From NCBI GenBank assembly GCA_030704615.1, contig CM060733.1, forward strand, positions 72,912,001 to 72,976,000: a DNA stretch of 64,000 bases, given 5' to 3'. Positions within the stretch are counted from its first letter, which is position 1; the number at the start of each line of letters is the position of its first letter. Positions 1 through 9,872 of the stretch are shown piece after piece. Position numbers and translations under genes: made by a program. The notes beneath the pieces are model-generated. The model ran no database searches. It saw only the letters and a program-made list of their open reading frames with translations, and was not told the DNA's origin. The DNA comes from Takakia lepidozioides. Taxonomy: Eukaryota; Plantae; Bryophyta.

Positions 1-490
1 CATGATCAAGATCAAGATGATTGGAATCAAATACTATCTGAACACAGGGAAATTTCCTGAAGACTACACCAAAGATGGCAGGAGGAAGCTTTCAATGAAA
101 AACAAGCCAAATGTACAAAAGAGGAATTGACTCCATAATGAGAAGATGTGTAAACAAAGAGCAAGCCAAAACAGTAATGCAAGAACTACACGAAGGAATT
201 GTAGGAGGACACTTCAGTTCGGACCTGCTAGCAAAGAAGATATTATTAGCAGGTTACTGGTGGCCTACTGTATTTGGAGATACTTATGAACACTGTCAAT
301 AGTGTGATGTTTGCCAGAGGATGGGACCAGTAGAACGAACTGGGAAAGGTACTCTACACCCAATACTACCAACAGAACCATTTCAGCGCTAGGGGCTAGA
401 CTTCGTGGGACCCATTAAACCTCCAGCAAGGTACACACAAAACCAATACATCATCATAGCCACTGACTACACTACCAGATGGGTAGCCAT
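1..490 (+). pseudogene. Ty3/Gypsy integrase fragment (HHCC zinc finger and start of catalytic core), disrupted
   Basis: HEGIVGGHFS...GYWWPTVFGDTYEHCQ*CDVCQ, then GLDFVGPI...[12 protein letters not shown]. In-frame TAG at 300-302; truncated at ~490. Confidence 0.85.
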
Positions 491-1785
491 GGCAGCGAGC
501 CTCTGCTCTAGCTGCTGAAGCCGGTTGGCCATGCCTTGGTCAACACCCTGACCTCCGCGTCCTTGGCCATGTTGAATTTGCCCTTGGCCTACACCCCGTG
601 CTTGGCCACCTCGTTCTCTTTGGGCTGCTCCCCTCACCCCCGGCCACCATTGTTCCCTTGGAACTGGCCTGGGCGCAACTTGGGATGCAAACCATAACAC
701 TGGGCCTCTCCATGCCCGTGCTTGCCACAATGCCCACGTTGCAACTGTGCAGGCTGTGCATGTGCCGGCCCTTTGCCTCCCTCTGGACAATTCTTCTTGA
801 CGTGGGGTCCTCCACATGTCCAACACACCATATCCGCCCGTTGTTGGCCTGCAAATGAAGGGAGAGACCCCTACATCTGAGGTCATCTCTGCCCTTCCCT
901 GAGCTTCACCTGAGCCCCCTTGTTGCCTTGAGCTTGTTGAGGTAGTGGTTGGCTAGGAGCACCACTACCCCATGGTGTCTCCTTAGCAAATCCTACCATG
1001 ACCACTCGTTCCTCCACCATGTTGAGCTCTATCTGCTCTGCCAGCAAAAATACATTTGCTAAGGTGGGCTGGGCCGCTTGTAGGAGAGTTGCATCCCGCA
1101 CCCTTCTCCTCAGCTCCTTGTTCAATATCCCATACCAGAATTGGACTGCTTGAGCTTCTGTAACCCATTGGGTTACATTTATCAAGCGCCTCATGCGAGT
1201 GAAAGCCTCCCTCAAGCTCTCAGTAGGCTTCCGTTGGAACTCTTGCAAGCTCCGCAACTTCTCTGTCCTCACCCCTTGGTAGTTCCTTCTCAACTCTTCG
1301 AAGAACTCCACAACAGGGTTGAAGGCAGACACGGGTACTGGTGCTGGTGTGGTAGTGGCTTGGGTGGACGTCGTAGCTACGGTACCACCAGTCCCACTAG
1401 TCCCACTGTTGCTTGCTGAAGCTGCCGGTGCAACGGAAGGTGTTGCCACTGCCCTCGTGACTCTAGTGCCCCTAGTGATGAAGTCATAGTCGGGTGACCA
1501 GTACATCTTCCACTCCTCGATCTCAACCTCATGCCCCCGCCTGAACTCATGGCAATCATCCATAGGCAGCCCCTCAAGGTGCTGAAACAGCCCCTTCCAT
1601 GTCATGAAAGGCGTAAATAGTTGTGGATTGCGCATTTGCTGCAAATCACACCAACTATCAAACTCTTGGATAAAATCATCCAACTCGATGGTGTCCACCG
1701 CCCCAGAGTACCTTCGTGGCCCATTGGTAGCTCCATACATCTCTTCCATTGTGTCCCACAACAATGACAAGGAAACAACTTGCAC
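490..1785 (-). pseudogene. Ty3/Gypsy gag (capsid plus zinc knuckles), frameshifted
   Basis: ORF 883-1785 (LDDFIQEFDSWC...LQEFQRKPTESLREAFTRMRRL...FWYGILNKEL). Knuckle-like motifs CWTCGGPHVKKNC and GHCGKHGHGEAQC in ORF 634-831. Confidence 0.8.
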
Positions 1786-2639
1786 CGCCGGTATGAGTCA
1801 TCCTGATTCACAATCCGAATCAGAACCTTCCGTAGAAGACACAGGAGGTGAAGGTGGCCTAAACCGCACACCTCGTCTCGTGTACCCACTAGTATCGCTA
1901 GTGCTCGAACCGACACTATCCCCAGCAATTAATGGCACCTCCGTATTGACACTTTACCGGTCATGAACATGTCACTAACCTCCTCTCCATAAGGTAACCG
2001 GGTAGAGAACCTGTTGCGGCTTATGGTTTGGAATACTAAGTTCATAATATAGCCTACACCTGTACCTGCATCCGCCGCAAGCACTCCTATGGTTGGCTGG
2101 TCATCACCTCCAATCTCACCACAGGAGAAACAATGATGGTCTGGCTGGTCATCACCCCAGCCTCACCATCGACAGCATGCTCTAGGACTGGCCGGTTATC
2201 AAATCCGGACCAATCACCTATAAAAACAAGCGCCCACACAAAACTAGCATGGCGCACAGTCAAGCATACAGGTATGGAGGGGATCCAAACACAAGAAATC
2301 AGAACGACAACTCCCCCACACCAAAAACAACTCCACGGTGTTGCTCCTGCAATGATATCCCAGCCCAAACCTGGACTGACTCTTGCCTCCACCTACGGAA
2401 AGGTCTTGGCCTAATGAGAGGGTAGAAACTACGAAGAAAAGAAGCTAAAGCAATGCCTAACCCCAGCATGCTCTCATCCCAACACTCTTCCTCTCTTCTC
2501 TTCCCTCACTTGCATGACCATGGGAATATCATGAAGATATTCCTTAAACCGCCCTCCACGAGCTTCAAAATCCACCAGTGTCTCCACGAGTCAGCACAGG
2601 CTGTCCACAGGTCAATATGGGCCACCACAGACCAGCACA

Positions 2640-3040
2640 AGCCCACACAGTTTACTGGTCACAGCCATCACAGCCCCACAGACCGCAGCCTGTCACGGCC
2701 CGTCACAGCCCCAAAGGCCACATGTCACAGCCTGTCACAGCCCATCACAACCCATCACAACCCCAAAGGCCACAGGCACAGCCTGTCACAGCCCTACAAA
2801 GGTCACAGTGTCACAGCCCCTCACAGCCCCATAGGCCACAGGGCACAGCCTGTTACAGCCCGCCACAGCCCGTCACAGCCCCACAGGCCACAGGGCACAG
2901 CCTGTTACAGCCCCTCACAGCCCATCACAACCCCACAGGCCACATGGCACAGCCCACCACAGCCTGTCACAACCCGTCGCAGCCCGTCACAGCCCCACAG
3001 GCCACAGGGCATAGTCTGTTACAGCCCGCCACAGCCTGTC
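2640..3040. repeat. Degenerate short tandem repeat (CACAGCC/GTCACAGCCC units)
   Basis: Dense cacagccc/gtcacagcc units. A similar motif occurs in the LTRs at 18930-19100, 26730-26850 and 39650-39745. Confidence 0.8.
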
Positions 3041-3184
3041 ACTTCAAGAGCCATGCTCTATCTAGGCTTGAGATTGAAACCCCAACTCAGAGCACGCTCT
3101 ACAAGTGTCGGACTGTCACATAAGAACAGATCAACCCCTTCCCTTCTCTTCTAGTTCTCTAAAGCTTGAAAACAAAAGCCCAAT

Positions 3185-3500
3185 GGACTGAAGGCATGCT
3201 CCACACATGCCCCACTCTCACCACCAGAGATCAACCCCTTTGCTTTCTTTCTTGCACCCACCAATCTGAAAATACACGCTTCAGCGGGCTGGAAGCATGC
3301 TCCACACATGCCTTACATGAAAACCAACCCCTTTCTTCCTTTCTTGCACTCCCAAACCTGAAAGTACAAGCCTTCAACAGGCTGAAAGCATGCTCCACAC
3401 ATGCATTGCTCTCTGAAGTCAGCCCTTCCCTCTTCCTTGCTTGCCCTCCAAGCTTGAAAATGGAAGCTTCAATGAGCTGAATACATGCTCCACACATGCA
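3185..3500. repeat. Four ~95-100 bp diverged tandem repeats
   Basis: Core CATGCTCCACACATGC recurs at ~3195, 3296, 3389 and 3484. Confidence 0.75.
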
Positions 3501-5228
3501 ACCTCTTCAAACAAGAGATATCAGCCCCCTATCTTGGCTCCTTAGCTCCTTGATGCTCTCTAAGACAAGACTAAGCACTCCTAAGCCCTTGCCAAGCTCC
3601 TGAAACCCTAAGGCTTACATTTCCAGCCACAAGACACTCTTCTTGTGGTGCAAGAGCTCTTCTTCCAAGCTCTGAAACCCTAGGTGCACATTCCATGGCC
3701 TTGCCGCACCTCTTAGCTCCTGTTCCAGCCCTGCTCTTGCCATGACAAAAGCCCTCTCAATGCTGAAGCTCGAGATTGAAACCCAATCTCAACATACTCC
3801 ACAAAGTGCACTGATTTGCCCCAAGCCAAATCAGCCCTTTCGCTTGGACTTGCAATCCTGCAGCATGGTGCTTTCATCTCTGAAGCTGAAGATCAAATGC
3901 CAAGGTCTACCACCTCGTAACCCACATCGCCTCCGCTTCTAACAACCAAGAGCTTCACGGTGCTCCTTGCATAACAACCTGGTTTCTCTCATTCTCAAGC
4001 AAAAACCACAAGTGCTACAACTAACTCGTATCTGACACTCACAGATACGAGCTCATCTTTCTCGAGTGATAAAGAGGAAGAATACAAGCAAAAGCTCATG
4101 CGAGCTCACAAAGCTGAAGCATAAACTCATGCATATATAACCTCATCACTCAAATACAAGTCAAGCCAAGTGCACCCCACGCAATGGGAAATCCACACTA
4201 CGACGCCATAGCTAGGCGCGGTGAGGCTCAACTCGAGAAAGATGAGCCTCCCGCGCTTGCCGTGAAGATTACCACTCCAGGGCCTAAATCTGCCTTTACC
4301 CTTGGATTGACACTTGGGCCAATCCCAAATGTCAATATGTAAAAACTAACTATTTCCTGGCTAGTTTCACACTAGTGGTAAAATAACTTGACATGGTGTA
4401 TCAGGCCTGTTTGGCTGAATATATAATGATGATTTTGATCTATGCCTTGGAGTCTCATGGTCATGGGAGAATGGGGAGTTTAGACTAAGCTTTGTTATTT
4501 ATTTCTCTCACTATGTACTAGACTGATCTCATAGAATTACTAGGATCTATTTCTTCACTAGCACTAATGATGAGGGCTATTTGTACTTAGAATAATAACA
4601 TCATCAGATTATATGCAAGATGTTTTCAGCATAGATAAATGGATTAACAATTAGCTAGACTAGTATTACATCAACTGATTATTATGGAAGCATAGAGTGG
4701 AGGCCAGAAATATGACATAGAGTATTTGATTTGATCCTAGATTGATGGACTAACTCGTTACTGATATTAAGACCAGAAAATCATATCCAATAGCAATGCC
4801 TAGTGGAGGGAATATGATCCATGAAGCAAGTGAAATTACAAATAGTTTACATACCTCGTACGATTGGTAGAGCTGAAGCTTTCAAGAGATAACTCCCTTG
4901 CCTGTCATGTATTCAGAAATGCATTAGTCCTGACCCAAGCATCAGTAGATGATAACTGATCTCTTCAAGTCAAGACTAACTAAGTGGCACTCATTGAACG
5001 TTCTTCAGCAAATGGAATGCCACGATATTGAAATGCAGGAAACGAGACGACATATGAACTCCAAGGGATGATGTTTCCTACTGCGCTTGGGCAAAATCAA
5101 CACTAGAATACAATAAGTTTCATGCACAAATTTTACTGTCTATTCTTGGTTTTCTCTTCCGCTGCAGCCTAGGATAGACAGCGTACTAACGGTTGATCAA
5201 GGTGATGTCTGGGTAGGTCCCCTCTTTT

Positions 5229-5239
5229 TGGTATCAGAG
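5229..5239 (+). promoter_or_regulatory. Primer-binding site (initiator tRNA-Met) of the downstream Gypsy element
   Basis: TGGTATCAGAG is the canonical plant iMet PBS, ~1 kb upstream of gag. Confidence 0.75.
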
Positions 5240-6290
5240 TAGGTCGTTCGTGGACCAACAAAGCAAATAGGTTGGCTTCTCATCAGCAAATTTCGAGTTC
5301 AACAAGATGGAATGCCAGAGAAAACTATCTGAGTGCATCACCTCAAATGGGTGATCTCGTAATCAGGATTGTTGGATTTGCTAATATAGACTACTAGGAT
5401 TTGACCCGCAGGATCCAAACTACCATCTGCCAGGAGACTTGGCCGTGCGTATAGTGCATACAAGTGATTATACATGGGGAAAAGTGTGGATGCTCAGTCA
5501 AGATAGAGTAACGTGGGCTGCAGTAGATACAGATGGTGCGAGTCACGTAAGTGCAATCACATCACGGACAAAGTGACATGATTATCATAATCACCAAAGG
5601 ATGTCAAAAGGTACGAGAAGTTGTTCACAATGTCAGAAGAGTATAACATGATGCTAGATGATATAGATCCTGAACTAGCTGACCTGCACCAACTTCCCAG
5701 GGCTGGTGATGTGTTTCTTCAAGGAGTGGATAGTGGAAGGTTAGTCTTTAGTTTTTGGATTTCTGGACAAATTGTGGATTTTCAAGTTAGAGATAGATTG
5801 ATCAGTAGAACATCATGGTGCCCTTAGTAGAATGATAATTTGGGAGTTGACAGAGGATAGAGCAAGAAATAGGAGTTGGAGGTGTGTTCACAGAGAGCAT
5901 TTGGATTATCCTCGTAACGTAGAACGTAGGATCAGAAGATACTGAACCATGTCGAGCCTAGATAGGTTGCTCTCACCACCTAATCCAACAATAAGAGATG
6001 TACTGATCACATTTGACTATCGTATTGTACCATTTAGCAATCCACAGCCGAGGTTCTATCAGGTCACAAACCCTGTCAACAACGGTGTATGTGTGTAAGG
6101 GTGACACACGCAGGTAATCGAATGACTATTATCTTGTGGGTGAGAAGAGCTGATAGGTGGTTTCGAGCAGGAACTATATCACGTAGGTTTACACTCAGTG
6201 GTAGAGAAGAGGTTCATGATGGAGAGAGATGGACAGTCGGTGAGAACTGCCACAAATAGTTTCCAAAGCACGTAACGTTCATAGGTTGGA

Positions 6291-8267
6291 AATGACGAGC
6301 CCATCAGGAATAGATGCACCCTTTTATGGTAAAGAGGTAGAAGATGTTGATGACTGGTTAGAAAGTTGCAACTAGTAGGAGATGTGAGAGATCTAACAGA
6401 GGACAAGCTATTCAAAGTAGCTAGGCTTAATTTGCAGGGAAGGGCAGATGAGTGGTACAAACGCCAAAATCCCAAGCCTACTAACTGGGAAGAATTTCAA
6501 GAGTTGGTATTGGCGAAGTATGGACAGGTGGATCCCACGGAGCTCAAGATGAAGCTTGACTCCATAAAGCAAGAAAGCAGGCAGCGCATACAGACCTACT
6601 ACAATCGGCTGTCAAAGTTATTCACAAAGGGTCAGATAATAGATCTGGAGAAAAGGAGAAGATTTCTCAATGAGCTACGCCCAGAAATCATGCGCTTAAT
6701 GCTGGGGACAAGATTTGTTAACATAGATGATGCTGTGGAAACGGCACTGCAAGTGGAACGAGGATTGGGGGGCATAGGTGAGACACCTTTGGAGCCATTA
6801 CATGAAGATGACTCTTATGAAGATCACACGTTGGGAGAAACACCGATGGACGGACGACTAGATGCACTAAATGTCACTTTGAAGAAATATTTCGAGAAAG
6901 GAGCTGGAATCCCTGAGAGTTCAGGAAGTAGAACCTCGCCACATGAGCAAAGATTCTGCAACACATGTCATCAGGAAGGACACACTTCAAACTTTTGTCC
7001 AACAAATAGAACACCTATTACATGTGGAAAATGCCACAGAATGGGTCATAGGACAGAAATATGTGGGGTAAGATGTTCGAACTGTAAGACATTGGGGCAC
7101 TTTGAACATGAATGTCAGGCAAAGCAGGAACCAAGAAAGGGAGGACTACCTACCACGAATCTACTCCAAATGATGTACAGTGACGAAGAAGCTGTCTTGG
7201 CAGAACTCAATGAGATATTCGATCATCATGAGATTAATGAAGTAAGGATGCCGAAAAACAGGGTTCCAATACCAACACCAATGAGTGCACCAGGGATGGA
7301 GCGGTCAATTTCAGGAGAGGCATCTGATGGACCAAATGTAACACCAAAAAGTATCTTGCAACCTCGAGTGAACACACCAAAGTGGCCAGAAACAGGAGGA
7401 GGCAGATCCAAGATCCTTAATCATTTTTACAAAGGTAGGATTTCAATGTCGCCCATGGATTTGATTTTGCAAGTGCCTGGAGAATTTGAGAAACTCAAAG
7501 GTCTAGTTAAAGTGGTGGAAAGGTCAATGTCCAGTGACTCTTCCACAGGAGGAACTCGGACAGCACAGACAGTGCAGGACATTTTGAAAGCCCCAAACAT
7601 AGCATATGCCTACAATGGCAGAGTTCGTGCATTACATGTGTTGGTCACAATCGGTGATTTTCAGATCATGGGACAGGTTGACACTGGAGCTATGATCTCA
7701 GTCATAGCAGCAACTACAGTGAGGGATCTCGGTCTGATGAAATCAGTAGTGGCTGATAAAGAAATGTCTTATAAAGTGGCATCAGGAGCAGTGGAGACTG
7801 CAATGGGAAGACTCGATGACATAAGCGTTACAGTGGGTAAGTTGACAAACAGAGTATCCTTCATGGTTGTCAATACAAATACTTATAACATGCTATTGGG
7901 TCTTGATTTCCTAAAGAAATTTGGAGCTCCCATCGATACTGAGACTGAAACTCTAAGAGTAAGGTATGGGCCCGGGGAGGATGTGGAATTCTTTCCACTA
8001 CACACCATCAACCAAGTCGAGCATTTTCAGGAGTTCTGTGAGCATCTGATTGTTGAAACTGAAGAGGATCAAGGAGAAACACAGGTCAATTCAGTGAATG
8101 TCCAGGAAACAGTAGACATGGAAGCAATGACAACAGTCATACCACAAGATGAGGAATGGGGCAGTCCATCAGAAGAGGATTCTGAAGAAAATTCAGAAGA
8201 AGAAGGTGATCAAGAGCATCAGGAACGTCACATGGGGCCAACTTTGAGGAATTTATTGACAAGCTGA
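6291..8267 (+). CDS. Gag (three CCHC knuckles) plus aspartic protease
   Basis: Gag motif LQGRADEWY...WEEFQELVLAKY. Knuckles CNTCHQEGHTSNFC, CGKCHRMGHRTEIC and CSNCKTLGHFEHEC. Protease VDTGA...MLLGLDFL. Probable frameshifts near 6365 and 8240. Confidence 0.9.
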
Positions 8268-9872
8268 ACTCTGGAGAGGAAGAGCTGGCTGATGATGGAT
8301 CCATGGCACTTATAGAGAAGGAGGCATATGATGCCTTGGCACAAATTCTGGTTAGGGATGCATGCTCTCAAGCATATGAGAATGAGCCAATGGATGAACC
8401 AGATGAGGATGATGATTTTATGGATTGGGAGAAGACAGTCCAACAGCAAGAGGTTGAAACACAAAGGGTCTTCATGGCACAGCAAGGAATTAAGGAGGAG
8501 TCTACATCTGAACCAATAAAAACAGCGCAGGAAGAACGTTGGGAACAGATCAAAAGGCGTTTACAGATCAACCCTGGGCTCACGAGAGAACAACGACAAC
8601 AACTTCTGGAGATAATCGAAGCAAATCAAATGGCTTTCGCCTTGAACAAAGCAGATCTGGGATTTTGTACAGCAGCTGAACATGCTATAGATACCCAAGG
8701 ATTTCCACCCTGCAGGAGTCAGCCTAAGCGATTGTCTGAATGGGAAGAGGATGAAGTACAACGACAAATTGAGGTGCTGATTCAGCAAGAAAAGATGCGA
8801 GAAAGCTCTTCGGAATACTCATGTCCAGTAACTTTACCACCAAAGAAAGACGGCAGCAAACGCTTTTGTGGGGATTTCAGACCCCTCAATCAGCAAACAA
8901 GAAGGGACTGCCCATCATTCAAGATGTACTACGACAGTTGGGGAAATCCCAGTGGTTCTCAGCTTTGGATCTTCAAAGTGGTTTTTGGCAAATCAAAATG
9001 CGTGAAGAGGATATCAAGAAGACTGCAGTCATTACATGGAGAGGCCTTTTTGAATGGACAGTCATGCCATTCGGTCTGAAAAACGCAACTGCTACCTTCC
9101 AGAGAACTATGAACAAGATATTGGCTCAGGAGATTAAGGACCATGTGAAAGTTTTTGTTGATGACATCAACATTCATAGTCCAAAGTGGGACAGTCATCT
9201 GAAACATGTCATGGGTGTTTTGAAGAAGATGCAGGAGTACAATCTCAAGTTAAATCCAGACAAGTGCGAATTTGGAAACCAGGAACTTGTATTCCTGGGT
9301 CATGTGGTTACCAAGGAAGGGATCAAACCAGATCCAAGGAAGGTGATTGCAATACAGAAGTTTCCCATACCAAGGAATGTAACCACTGTAAAAAGCTACC
9401 TGGGGGCCACCAACTACTACAGGTGCTACATGAAGGAGTATGCCCAAGCTGCGAGGCATTGCGACTTAAGCTGATCGAGGCTCCTATCCTGGTATGACCT
9501 GATTTTCTTAAACCTTTCATTCTTGATGTTGATTGGTCAAAGAAAGGGGTAGGTGCTGTTTTATCACAAAAAGAAGGACGAAGAGAACACGTGATTGCTT
9601 ATGCTAGTAAGGCATTGTCCGAAGCTCAAAGGAACTATCACCCTATAGAGGGAGAATGTTACGCTCTTGTTTGGGGAATCCTACACTTTCGCCAATATCT
9701 TTATGGCACATCATTTGTTGTTCGAACGGATCATAAGCCATTGGAATGGCTGGCTACAGTTAGCGACGCCTATGGAAGAAGAGGTAGGTGGATCATGATG
9801 CTACAGGATTTTGATTTCAAGATACAACACAGACCAGGGATGAAGCATGGGAATGTTGATGCTTTTAAGTAG
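8240..9872 (+). pseudogene. Reverse transcriptase and RNase H, copy 1 (frameshifts, deletion, stop)
   Basis: KKDGSKRFCGDFRPLN, LDLQSGFWQI, MPFGLKNA, FVDDINI; RH LDVDWS...YASK...ECYALVWG...RTDHKPL. Spread over ORFs 8303, 8821, 9186 and 9591. Confidence 0.9.

Noticed and set aside
2453-3154. 233-aa and 181-aa ORFs
   Set aside because: Translations of the CACAGCC tandem repeat.
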